From positions 2,722,165 through 2,786,164 of the forward strand of contig CAJFCJ010000005.1 in assembly GCA_904063045.1 (NCBI GenBank): 64,000 nucleotides of DNA, given 5' to 3'. The DNA comes from Dimorphilus gyrociliatus (lineage: Eukaryota; Animalia; Annelida). Under the pieces are notes generated by a model that saw nothing but the letters and a program-made list of their open reading frames with translations, searched no databases and had not been told where the DNA came from. Below, piece by piece: positions 28,438 through 41,593 of this stretch (within the stretch, counting starts at the first letter, position 1; each line of letters begins with the position of its first letter). A program made the translations under genes and the position numbers.

Positions 28438-31400
28438 TTAGATTAAACTTGGTAAAGCTTTAAGCTTTTCAATGTCTAAAAACCTAGAATCGTATTTTTT
28501 CTCATTAATTGAATTTTGTAATTGTTTCGCTGGAGTTTTTGATTGCTTATGTAAACTTTCTTTTTTATTAGGAGCTTTTTCATCTTTTTCATCAACTAAT
28601 CCATATCTTTCCATGTATTTTCTTGTTGCAAAAGACATATTATTCGATTGGAATATAGTGGGTTCAGTACATTTATTTTCGCCTTTCGAAAGGCTTGTTA
28701 AATCAGTATCATTTAAATATTTCAACGCAAGACTATCGGTATCTTCGTATTCGGATGATGGTAAAAATAATGATGTATATTGAACTTTTGGTAAAAAATT
28801 AACGTCTAAATATAATGTTCCATCGGCTGCTGGCTTAAAGCTAAAATTCTCATTATCAGGATCGAAGCAAACTCCCAAATGTTCCAATTCTTTACGGGTT
28901 TTTGCCGCAATATCGATTGTTACGTTAGAAATGGAAACTTTTTTTGGTGTCGTAGGTTGTAATTTAACGGGTGAACAGCTTCTTTCTGTACAATTATCTT
29001 TCATTCGAAAATTATCCATCTTTTCTTCATCCGACTCCGAGAAACTGCTATAATCTTCATCAAACAATTTAGACGCCCTATCATTTTTTGTTTCCTATTA
29101 GAAAAGAAAGACTTCATAAAAGATATATGATTGGAATTCAATTAATATAATTAAATTGATGAGGTATTTTACTTCAAAAGTAGGCATAATAGCTTGAAAT
29201 CCTCCTTGCTGATACATACTAACACTTTCACCTAGAACTGGACTATGATTCGATTGGCTTAATCTATTACAAAGAAACAACAAAAAAGAATACAAAGAGT
29301 ATTTTAAAAATCATTAAACACTAAATGTATTAATATTTATCTTTTACTCACTTATCGGATGTCATACTATTAAATTCAGGCATATCGATAATTCTCTCGG
29401 ATCTATTCGTTTCGTAGCTTGTGTTCTCAATTCTTATATCACCAAAAGTTGTATTATATCTATTAGCGTCGAAAGGACTATTAATTGTTTCCTCAAATCG
29501 ATTACCAGCTGGAGTATTAATACTCTTTTCTGTAATTGATGTATTTATTCCAATTGAACAAGTCTCTACTTTTTTCGCTTCCATACAATTTTGAATGGAT
29601 ACATCTCGATTAGTTTCTACTTTTCGTTGTTCATTTAATAATCTCTCTACTTGAGATCTGAGTGACTTTATTTCTTCATTCTGTCTTTTTAGTATATCTA
29701 ACCATTCGGCGGGAACTTGTTGTTGCGGTTGTTGAACTTGATTACTCGGGTAATTATCTACTTGATTAGACGAAGGAAAAGTTGTTAATTTCTCTTGAGT
29801 GTTAGGTAATTGCTGCTGATTTGGAATTGATTCATTGATATTAATCGTTTTCTTAGTTTGAATAGGTTCGGGACTTAGTTCGTCGAGTAGTGTAAGATCA
29901 GGTATATCGGATTTCATTTGAACAGGCTAGCAAATGAAAAAACGATAAAATAAGTTATCATAAAAATATATGTATTACAATAATATATACCTTATACCTA
30001 TCTCTTTCAACTGTTGGTTGAGGGAATAAAGTTTCATTTATCTTAGATCTATTAGATTGATTAAAATCATCTTCCTTTTCAATTTTCCTATTTTAGATCA
30101 ATAGACAAAGATAGTTGAAAGTTAATGCTGAATATAAATTATAATTAAACAAAGAAAACGGTATACATAACATCTTCATAATTTTTTAAGCAAGAATTGA
30201 AGAGTGCTCTCTTAGCAACGGCATTTTCCACATTATATTGAAAGGAATGAACATCAGTATTAAATTCATCTCTCTATAATTGTTTGTTTTAACAAGTAAC
30301 TTGTTATTAGAAAAGTATATTATAAATATATTAAATCTTTACCCGATTATTTTGAAGATTATCGTTAAATGTGAATAGATTAAATCCAAGAGATATATTT
30401 CTATCTATTGGTATAATATCGTACATTTGACGATTAGAATGTTCGGTTGTATAAAGCATTAAGAGAAAAGGTTCAGTAGGTGGATGAACTCTGTTTTTTA
30501 AACAAATTGTCGTTTACCAATTATAATATTGGATATGAAAATGCAAAATAGTGATTCCTTACCTATTGTCAAATTTACCATATACATATCTAGTACAGCA
30601 TGACCATACAAACGGATCCGATATATTTGATACACCACTTATCCATCTATAAAAAGAACAGAGAAAGAGAAAGAAACCTAATTATTTATTGATAAAATTT
30701 AGCTTGTTAATTACATTCCAACTATTGGTAATTTCGATACTTTGGGATCGGATTCCAAAATTAGCAAAACCTTTCTAGTTTGGTCCATAGATAAGTATCT
30801 AAATAAATTAGCAATTTTTACAAAGGTTCCATAAATTTAATACCATTAAAGATAAATGACAAGCCATGCTACAAACCCAGTTTGTGCTTCGCCTAAAACG
30901 TAACTTCTACAGTAAGGCGACGCTAAATTCTTAGCTAAAGCCGAATTAACTAAAGGAACGTTTTGAATAGGAGTAGCATTGAATTTAATGCTTGGGGCAA
31001 TCAAATCAGATTTCACTTCATAGCCATTTGATAATTGAATTGCCACTAACGATGAAAAAAAACGGCATAACGAGATCTTTTCACGGGATTCACAACGATT
31101 CCTTAATGCCTTTAAAAAATATAACAATTATATTTAATTACATAGTATTCAAATAATAAGTATAGCTAAATGAAGACAAACTTTGAAAGATTGTAAATAA
31201 TTATCATTAGAGAACGGTAATGGTCCGTTTGTAGATTGAACCTAGAAGAGGAACGTTAATCTTTTTTACATCGTTAGCCCTTAAATAGTTATTAAAATAT
31301 GTACAGTACAATTAAGGTACATCGTGTCTTGTATATGCACCAGTTTTTTCATATTACTCTCTGTTTCGTGTCTTTCTATTTCAATAGTTAGACTACCATC

Positions 31401-31776
31401 TAAAATAGATGATAATATCAAAGGAATCATGATATATTATACCTGAAATATTTAACTTTCTAATTTATTTAAATATCATTTACCATGATGTTTTTGTAGT
31501 GAACCAATTAGTATAAAATTTACTACTTTTGACTTTTCTCTCAATGATTTAATTATTGATAATGTTGATTCGTTGATATTTAAACATGGATAGCTGTAAA
31601 AAGAAACAAAATAACAATGATAATAAAGATTATATTCAGTAGATTGATAATTAGTTTTATTAATATTTCTCTTACTCTGTTGGGAAAGGAATAATTTCTA
31701 TGTTTTCTCCAATTGGTCTATGATCCCATAGTATATTTCTTACATTTGGAAATTCTAAAATTTTCCCTTTATTCAT
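28438..31776 (-). CDS. STIL: STIL (SCL/TAL1 interrupting locus; Ana2/SAS-5 family centriole assembly factor), about 13 exons
   Basis: Exons include 31776-31676, 31593-31484, 31399-31305, 31241-31182, 31109-30877, 30798-30715, 30646-30563, 30490-30343 and five more to the stop at 28438. Motifs [30 protein letters not shown], coiled coil [34 protein letters not shown]-like [24 protein letters not shown] and C-terminal [12 protein letters not shown]. Confidence 0.93.
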
Positions 31777-32340
31777 ATTTTTATTTAAATTGTTTTTTTT
31801 ATTTTATTTTTTAAAGTATAATATCTAGCTATGATCTTTTCCTTTATAGATTATTGCCCAAATATTTCTTTAATTAGTCAACTAATTAGGTATTATTAAA
31901 ATTCTAAATTGCTTTAATATCCTTTTTAAAAAGATAGAATAGTTTTATTTAAAGTTGAAATTTGACAACTTATATCAAGCCGGAAGTCAGTAAAGATTAT
32001 TTTCGTATATAATATAATTTGCGTATTTACATGATTTTATAACTTTTTGACTTATGATTCTACATAAGTCTTGTTTTTAATATAATTTGATGAGTTTTTT
32101 AAATGTACGAAATAACGTTGAAAGGTAGGTTATCGTCTTCAACCAATCAGCTCATTTGGAGCGAAAATGTGCCAATCGTGTAAACAAACGCGTTTCCATG
32201 TGGTCAATATCCTTCTGTCGATCGTCACTTTTGAAGATTACTATTCATGGGAGAAGTTCTCCAATAATTAAAAAAATATTCTCCCTTTGACTTTCATAAT
32301 TGATTCTTGATTGTGAAAATTTGAATTGTTAGCCGGTCCT
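31777..32340. promoter_or_regulatory. Bidirectional promoter region STIL/ANKAR (564 nt between ATGs)
   Basis: Head-to-head ATGs. CCAAT at 32143 and 32172, forkhead GTAAACA at 32180, ACGCGT at 32188, TTTGAA at 32230. Confidence 0.7.
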
Positions 32341-32848
32341 ATGGCTACTACAGATGATGCTACAAATACACCGGATTTACCGCTGATCGACGCTTTTCTA
32401 TCGAAACTCTCTCAATTCGATAAATATGAGCTATGTTCTCAACAATCTTCTCATTGGATGTTGTCTACCAACGACTTCAAAGTGCCAACAGAACCTCCGC
32501 TTGGTATTATTACGAGTATGATACCCATAAGTGGAAATTCGTCAGTAGTTCTCCTTCCAACCCTTGATAATTCGGAAGATGACGTTTTAGATATAAGACT
32601 AATTCATCAAATGATTAGGGAGTTAACTTTTGGAATATACGCCTTAAATTCAATGCCCGCTTGTTCCCTAGAAGCTAACTACGATCAGGTAATTAAAAAG
32701 TTTTTAAAGGGTCATTTGTTCAATGCCAATTATCTCTTGTTCACACAATGTAAATCACATATAAGGCTATTTGCATATATTTTATGGTATACACAGAGAG
32801 ATAGTTTCAAGTGTATTATCTTCAAAATCAATCAATATACTGTACAGT

Positions 32849-32892
<44 letters not shown>

Positions 32893-35800
32893 ATCTGTGT
32901 GTGTGTACTGTATGTACTTTTATATTTATAATTACAAATATTTATATATGAATATTTGCAGAGTACTCAATGCCAACTACCACCAGCTTACATAGATACC
33001 AAAGTTGGTCAACTAATGATCCATGTAGATTACATAATGAAGGTAAGCATTCAAACAAGGTTTACTCAATATATCATTCTTTTCACCCGGGGCTTTTTTA
33101 TTAAATATGCTTGCAAGGTTTGTTTAAACAAGACTATAAATTAAACAATTAAATAGAACGTACAAGTGGTTATATTTCATGCAATTTACTGAATATATTT
33201 ATTGCAAAAACATATATATATATATATATATACATTTATAGATATTTAATGTGTATTTTTTATTATATAGTCTTTGTGGCATGGAGCGTATATGCCGACA
33301 GATAAGAGAAAGGCGTTTACGGATGTTTGGAGAACAAATTTAGTAGTTAATACTTCAACTGGTAAACCAGAAACTAAAAAGCCTATAATAACTGAATTTA
33401 TAAGTGCTGGTTAGTTTATCTACATAGTTATTTATTATCCTTCCCTCACGCTCTCTTTTCTTTTCTTGCTCATTCGTTTAGTTGTTTAGTTAACTTATTT
33501 ATGAATATTATTATTGATAACAGTGCTAATTTAATATTATTATATACACCTCCTCTTGTTATTCATATAGTTTTCAAAAGAATTAATAGGCCCATTTTAT
33601 TCGGTTATAGCCGTAAGTTATAATTGTAAGAATGTTTTTTAACCAATTAGCCGCTTAATCCAATATAAACAAGATAGGTATGCATTATTATTATTACAAA
33701 GATTGAGAACTTGTAAAGGAAATAGGAATTAAAAGGAAAAAAAATCGATAAGATATCGATTGAAATGATTTTTCTCTCTATTGCTAATTAATTTTATTTC
33801 TTACTCTCTTCCTTCATCCGTAGTTCCGGTTTCCTTTTTTAAATAAAGCTAATTTTGTTTCCCTTTTTTCCTTTTTTCTCTATAATTAGGCACAATGGAT
33901 ATTACAAAAGATCCAGAGTATGCTAACGTTTATGATAATTTGAAAACTATGGATACCGATGCCGAAGAGGCAAAATTTTTTATGAACCATGTTGATGATA
34001 TGGCAATGATAATGACGATTTATCAAAGAGCTATTATACAACATAGGTAAGTAACGAAGGAATAGATAAGCACTTTTAATATTTGCCTACTATTAAATTA
34101 ATTTAATTAATTTATTCGCTAGAAACTTATTTCTAATCGATGCCGATTGGATCGTATCTTCAAATATAAGGACTATTGATGAAAAAGTAGATAAAAACGC
34201 TTATGAACGTCTACATAATAGATTACAATTACATGAACTTATAATCAACGAATACTTGTCTCAAAAGAAGGAAACAGCTTTTAACCTGCAAGTAAGTGGA
34301 TAATTTAGAATGACACTTGTATTTTATTTATTGTAAACTAATATATCTTTATTCGTTAAATAGATGATGAAATTAATTAGTTTTCTAGTCCCGTGGCTAG
34401 TCGGTATGAAAAAACGTATGAAAATACCTAATCTTAAAACTTTTCTACCAAATTTAAAGGGTAAGCTATAGCCTATTCTTCTCTCGTAGTCTCATTAACG
34501 ACTTTAAGACAATAGATTGAACAAAAAGCTAGTAAATATTTTACTATCCTTTCTTCAAATCGTTAATAATCTTATTAATATTTAAAGCGACTGAGTGTAA
34601 ATATAGAGTGGGAATGAGGGGAAGAAAGAAAGGGGCGGTGGGAAAGAATATTTGATCTAAAACCGTTAAATATATTGATCATTTATCGATTGCGTTGTAA
34701 AATAAATCTTCTATATAACCTCATTAGTGATTTCGTCTTTTTTTCCATAAATACAAAATAATCACATGTTATTTATAAATACAGTAGATTTATTTTTTCT
34801 ATATATAAAAATAAATAGATTATTCTTGTTTTAATGTTTCTGTTTATGATTTAGGCGATGAAGTTAGAACAGAAAGGGAACTTCCACCTTTAATTCAATC
34901 TCCTGACTTTAAGTGTAAGAATTTCATGTTCGGACCCGAAAGATATTTTCATCTTCATGGATGCATACAATTCGATCATGAAACGCCTTCTTGCGGAGAA
35001 GTTCCGGAAGAACTCGCTGCAAGACATGATGAAATTCTGGAACAAACTATTGCGAGAGATAGCAGTTGGTTGGATCCTAATACTAAACCTCCACAGGATA
35101 ACGTCTATCCCGCTGAAATAGTTACCATTAATGGGAAAAGATACCACGCAATTGCCATTCAATTTGAAACCTATTATCATCAACAGCCGCAAAAGTTTGT
35201 TTATATAATATAATAATTACTATATAATTGAATAAAATAAATCCAATTTAATCTTGTAGACCTCCTTGGGTATGTACGATGAGTGAAAGAATAGGCCAAA
35301 TGCGACTAAAGACTATGACTGAACACGACGTACACGACGTATTTAGAAAACATTTTGGAACTAAGGTAAAACAGACGAAGTGTATCATAAATATAGATCT
35401 CATAATCTACCTCGTTCTATTTACTTTTTGTCAACAGAAAGCTATAAACTATAAAAATCAATTACTAGGCCTATCAGCCGCAGCTAGGAGGGGATTAGTA
35501 GCAACTTTTAATACTTTAGCAAGAAAATGCCCCCCATCAAGACTTGGTAAACAAGATGATAACGGACTATCTTTGTTACATCATGCAGCAATGAATAATA
35601 GACCCCACGTAATAGCTCAACTTATCCTTCACAGTATGGATGTGAATGTACGAAAGAGTAACAATATACAAATTTCTGGTGAGTATTGAAATCTCTGTAA
35701 AAGTAATATTTGATTTTTTTTAAAAAAAAAAAAGAGGTGGTTTTTATTTTCTTTTTAAGAACTTTGCAGTGAAAAAATCTATGATTCTTTTTTTATTATA

Positions 35801-38800
35801 ACCCTCTCCCTCAAAAAGAAAACAATAACAACAACAATAACAAACATTTTTGTTTTTATACATATTTTTTATTATTAATATTGTTTTACAAAAAACTTTT
35901 ACTTAATTAATAATTATTCTGATATTTTAATCATCTGCAGACGAAACAGGTATTCTTTAAATTAAAATTGAAAGAAAAATCATTTACACTCCTTTTTATA
36001 TACAATATCACAATTTTGATATAAACAATATTGGCAGACAAACAAAACAAACTAAAATCAAATAGCAATAGTCATATACCTTCTGATTTCAATCATCATG
36101 TTTTTTTTTCATTTTTCTTTCCATTTTTCCTCTTTATCTTCCTCTGTCTACTTATCTCTCTCTCTCTGTCTCTCTCTATCTCTCTATTGAATGAATAATG
36201 TTTCTCATAGGCTATACAAAATTTTTAAGATACATAAAAAGCAGACATTTTCTCTTGAATGCAGTTCAATAGTTCATTTAACATAAAAGCATGACGAATA
36301 TTAGTTTCAAATTTGAAGTAAATCTCACTTGATTATTGAAATAATCTTTCCCTGATTTTATCACTCCAACAAAATGGCAAAACTTTAAAAATTAATTGTA
36401 ACAAGACGTTTCAATTGTAGTTGAAAATTGCATCTATTACAGTACTTTATTTTTTATTGACCATATCTGTTTATTCGTTTATTTATTATGCATGTGACAT
36501 GTTTAATAGGTGGTTACACAAAAACTGGTATGTATTACATAAAAATTAAAACGAAATAAGACAATCAATATTCAAAATTAATTTATTCATAAATAAAATA
36601 ATGAATATTCATACGAAAAAATAACTTTGTCTTTTTCTGGCTTAATTTTTATGTCAAAAAAACTCAAAAAAAACAAAAAAAACGAAGCAATCGAAACTTT
36701 TTTTTTTATCAAAACAATAAAAAACAAAAAGCAATCTATACATTTTCCTTTTTCAATATATTCTATAATTTGCATTTTTTTAATTATATTCATTATTATT
36801 TTAATTAGCTAATTAAAAAAAGAATTTATTCATTGTTTTTAATATTCATATTTGTAGTAAATGTGTATTTATTTATAAAATTTCTATGTAATATTCTTTT
36901 ATTTTGTTTTTTTTTTTTCAATTTTTTTTCTCTTCAGTTTTTGTACCCAGTTCCAAAAGAACGGGTATGATACTTGCACATTTTACTAGGCTTAATAAAA
37001 ACAAAAAGAGAGAGAATCAGATATTCATTAATTTACAGCTTTTTGGATTAATTATTTCGCATATGTATATATGAAACTTATGCTAATTATTGTTATCGAA
37101 CACTAACAAATAGCTTAATTTATATCCATATGCATGAGATATAAAAATAGTAAGAAAACTTTTTAAGCATGTATATACTAATAAATATGTACTGTATATA
37201 CATAGTACATAGTTAAAGCACACTCTGTTTGAATATATGTATCTATACATATGACACATGTTTCCAATCATCTATAAGCATACTGTATATGTACATTATA
37301 TATCTATATATGATTTTATCACGCTATGAAAAATTATACTTCACGCCATAAATTGATTTTATTATTATAATTCTTTTTCTTATCTTTTTTATTATTATTT
37401 TATTCAAACTCAAACGATTTTAATACTTACACAATGTTCTATTTTTTTCCCTTTCTTTAATTTAAAACATATAGGACCAACGGCATTACATCTTGCTGCT
37501 CGTTGCGGTTCATTCGAAGCTGCAACTTGCTTAGTAAGTTAAGTTAAAAAAATTTTAATAATTATTGAATAAATACCAATTCTATTTGATTTAGGTTGCT
37601 AATTATGCTAATTTATTGGCGACTGATCAAGATGGTTGGGTTCCTGCTCATTATGCAGCATTCTACGATAATGTACCAATTTTAAAACTATTAATTGGTA
37701 AGGAAAGTGCACTTTTAGAATTTCAAACCAAAGACGAGTAAGTAATAAATGAAAACTAGTAAAACTATAAGATTTATTATAATGACTACAATTTTTTATC
37801 AACTACTTAAAAGTATTCGATCTACACCTCTACTTTTGGCTGCAAGCTCTGGAGCTTTGGAAGCTTTAAAGTGCTTATTGGATTTAGGAGCCTACGTTCA
37901 AAGAAAAGATGACATGGTTAATTTAGTTTATTAAAATAGTCTTTATAAAATTTCTTTATGTCTTTTACAAATCGTTTTCTTTTTTAGAATAATAACGTAA
38001 TAGAAGTTGCAGCAATGAGGTTTCATACAAATGTCTTAGAGTTTTTTATTGATTGGGACCACCCTGAAGTTCCAGTTTGGGAAATTATCGTTGGTATGCT
38101 GAAAGGGGATGACCTAGCTAGAAAAGATAGCGCTGTTAAATGTATTGATGTACTTGCTATTTCGAGAGAGGATAATTGGAAAGAGATATTAAACGCCGGT
38201 GGAGTTCCGGCAGTTGTCTCCCTACTATATCTTAACGACGAACGCATTCAGGCCGTCGCAGTTGCAGTTCTTTGCAGTATTTCTCAGCATCAAGATGTAC
38301 GACTAGCTCTATGTCAAACTAATGCTGGGCCAATCCTTATACAACTACTATCATCTCCAAACGATGATATACAAGCTCGAGCATCTATAGTCGTAGCCGA
38401 TATGGCTTGTATAGAAGGTCAACAAGAATTACTCTCTTCACAAGGTGCCATTTCTCCACTTGTCAATTTACTAGATTCAGAGGTTAAAGAGCAATTGAAA
38501 TACTTTTTAAATAAGATATATTTTACATGAAATGTCTGCAGATTGAAGATGTACTCGTCTATGCTGTAAATGCTATAAAAATGATGTCACAGGGATGTCC
38601 AGATATTCAGACAGAAGCCGCTAAAGGTGGAGTTATTGAACCTTTAGTAGAATTTCTCTCAATTCATTCAGGTAAGTGAAAGATTAAACATGGATTAAAT
38701 TTTATATAAATATTTATTCGTAAATTTTATGGACATTGTGTAAAACAGAAAAACTTCAAGCTTCGGCATCATCTGCTATAGCCGCTGTATCAGGCGGTCA

Positions 38801-41013
38801 TAAAGATAATCAAGATACTTTGATAAAAGAAGGAGTTGTAAAGTATGCCTACAAATTATTTTTGCAAAGTTGACATATATTTATCGGATTAAAATGTTTG
38901 CTTATATAAAAAACAGACCACTCATAAAGTTGATTAAAGGTCACCAAGTCACGGCACAAGTTCAGGCAGCTTGCGCATTAGAAGCTCTTTGTGATGGCAA
39001 TTCCTCTGCTCAATTAGCTTTTATGGAAGAAGATGGTCCGAAAGCTTTACTTAAGCTTTTTAAAGTAAAACCTTCAACTTTAGGATAGAATATAATAATT
39101 AATAAATTCCATCTATTTGTATAGTATTGGTCGGTTCAAGTAAGGGAGCAGGGTGCTTGTGCACTTTGGTCTTTAGCGGGTGATAAAAAGAAGCAACAAA
39201 AAGAAATAGCAAATCATATTGGTCTTCACAGATTAATTGAAATGCTGTTAGCTACATCAGAAAAGTTGCAGTATGTAGGTTGCATGGCTATGAATGCCCT
39301 TGGATACGAAGATATGGAGGAACAAAACAAGATAGTTAAACAAGATGGAATAGGTCCCTTAGTTCGTCTCCTTAGATCTCCAAAAACTTCTGAAAGAGTA
39401 TTATTAATAGTAATTCAACTAATTGGAACTTTATGCATAGGTAATATTTTTTCCCTTTTGACGAAACTCTATAATAACATTATGTTTGACTTGCTCTTTT
39501 TACTTTTCACCTATAGGAGTGGCTCACAGAAACAATAAGGTCTCACAGAAGAGAATGTCAGAAGAGAATTCAATACCTAGTTTAGTACAGTTAATCATTT
39601 CACCTCCAAACGATGACATAAAGGTAGAAGCCGCTTGCACTTTAGCTTGCGTAGTCCTTGGTAATAGCAGTAACCAGCAACTTCTTAAAATGGAAGAGAC
39701 TTTTGACATCAGTTACGTACTAGAGCTCTTATATTCGCCTATTGACAGAATTCGATTAAGAGCCGGCTTCGCCCTCTCTCTTTTCGCCTTTAATAATACT
39801 ACACAGCAATATGCTGTAAAGGAGGCGGGAGGATTAGAATATTCATTCTTCAGATCCTTCCTTAAATCCGAAGATGATCTAGAAAAATGTAATTCCGCCT
39901 TTCAAATGGTTGTCTTATCAAGAGTGGTGAATGACAGAGATCAGGTATCACTTACTGCAGAAGGTATTTCAATGTTAGTCGAAGTTTTGAAATCAAAAAA
40001 TGATTCAACGGTTAGCGAAGCGGCCAGCTTAATTGCCAGCGTCGCTCACACGAGAACAGGTATTCCTGATGCTCTCGTTACAGTTGGAGTAATGGATGTA
40101 CTTATATCAAAAATAAATAGGGAAAGTGATGACTATTCAAGAAATGAACATTTAAGATTTATGTGCGCAACAGCCCTCGGTTATATGACATTTCATAGGC
40201 CGGCAATGAGAATTTTATTAACTGCATGTAGATCAACACCCAAATTGTTTGAATCATATGTCGAAAATTTGGGTAAGGACTTTAAAGCATCTCAAGAATT
40301 TTTTGAAGAATTTGAACGATGTAAAGCCGTTGGAATGCCTTGCTTAAGGTTAGTTATATTTATTGAATTGTATTATTTTTCCTCTTTAATTTCTATACTA
40401 ATAATATTCAATATATTAATAGCTTAGAAAAGTATGGTGGTCCACCTATATTGGGAAAAAAGAATGTTCCAAGTAAGTACAGTTATATTTTTATAATCTA
40501 TTTTTAATTTAGTTTTTAACAATGTAGTTTTGAATCAAAACAATATTAAGATTCAAAATATAACTTGTATGAAACACATGCAGAGAACAAAACATCTGTT
40601 TTTAAGAAATAAGGTGAATTCAATTCACTTGAACACTTTTTTAATTACTATATACTTATAACGCATAGACAGTAAAATTTGTATATTTAATACATCGCAC
40701 AAATGTTACCTTTTTCACTGAATGGTACTTAAAACAAGCATGAAAATTTTTTCTTTAACGTATATGTTTGATTCTAAATCTATATTTTCTTATAGTGAAA
40801 CGACCATTGACAACTCAAACACGGAAGGCAACGGCATCAAGACCCATTCGTGTGACATCAGCACCACCTAGAAGTCTTAGAACGGCTTCAAATGTAACGA
40901 GTATGACTGTTTCCCGACCACCTACTTCTGGAAATACCTCTAGAATTACTATTGATGAAAATCCATCAAAGTCCGTATTCAAAAGTAGACTCAGTGCTTG
41001 GGGAAGTCGATAA
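32341..41013 (+). CDS. ANKAR: Ankyrin and armadillo repeat-containing protein (multi-exon)
   Basis: First exons 32341-32688, 32962-33042, 33271-33409 give SLEANYDQSTQCQLPPAYIDTKVGQLMIHVDYIMKSLWHGAYMP, as I recall from the ANKAR N-terminus. Ankyrin repeats (GLSLLHHAAMNN, GPTALHLAARCG, GWVPAHYAA, STPLLLAASSG) and armadillo repeats (GGVPAVVSLL, GAISPLVNLL, GIGPLVRLL) follow. Last exon 40796-41013. Confidence 0.92.
35941..35949 (+). CDS. ANKAR: Candidate 9-nt ANKAR microexon (phase 1-1)
   Basis: tcatctgcAG|ACGAAACAG|GTATTC, preceded by about 120 nt with no AG. Confidence 0.5.
36510..36527 (+). CDS. ANKAR: Candidate 18-nt ANKAR microexon (phase 1-1)
   Basis: gtttaatAG|GTGGTTACACAAAAACTG|GTATGT; TGCATG at 36489-36494; about 65 nt AG-free upstream. 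Confidence 0.62.
36938..36964 (+). CDS. ANKAR: Candidate 27-nt ANKAR microexon (phase 1-1)
   Basis: Long poly-T/pyrimidine tract, ctcttcAG|TTTTTGTACCCAGTTCCAAAAGAACGG|GTATGA; TGCATG downstream at 37131-37136. Confidence 0.62.
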
Positions 41014-41593
41014 ACATCGTTTCGTTTTTTTCTTTTTAGTTTGGTCTTTTTTTGCTCAATTAGTCTCGCTATATACTTTTTTACTGTCCGTCCATAATTT
41101 TATTTGTATACTGTTTACAAAAATTATGTTTTTTTGCATACGTCCTGAATTGAGTTTACAAAAGAAAATTTTTTTAATAATTCAAACAATTTATTTACTG
41201 CGGGATTAAACAAAAATTAATCTGTATTTTTATTTACCGCAGATATTTTTCAAAAGAGAGTGGAACTCTTAAGGTGCCTTTATCTTTCTATATATAAAGT
41301 ATATATATATATATATATATATATACAGTATATAAAAAAGTCTAATTCACACAGATATAAAGAACAAGAATACTATTTTTTTTCTCAAATTTAACTTTAA
41401 TAAACAGATAAAATACATTTCTATTTGGCTATGAAACAGTTAAAAAAAACAAAATAAGTTGGAAATAAAGTTCTTTTTTTTAAGTACAAACTCTTTTTAT
41501 CTTCAGAATAAATTCGCATGACTCTTTTTTGGGTTAATGTGAGAAAACAAGAAAAAAAATATACTATAATACAGATAGAGTTGAGAATAGTAA

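Noticed and set aside
31917-32214. ATATCCTT words resembling U12 AT-AC donors
   Set aside because: Not at any reconstructed exon boundary and no matching U12 branch site or AC acceptor was found.
36211-36263. A fourth microexon-like unit starting GYTK in the ANKAR intron
   Set aside because: No frame-preserving GT donor; at most a decayed copy of the 18-nt exon.
40584-40613. 30-nt AG...GT unit in the last ANKAR intron
   Set aside because: Contains an in-frame TAA and has a weak polypyrimidine tract.
41014-41593. Possible overlapping 3' UTRs of convergent ANKAR and CCNH (and of AP3D1/MED25 at 51655-52192)
   Set aside because: Alternative poly(A) signals (ATTAAA near 41205 for ANKAR; minus-strand AATAAA at 52131-52136 for MED25) allow non-overlapping ends. 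It cannot be decided without 3'-end sequencing.
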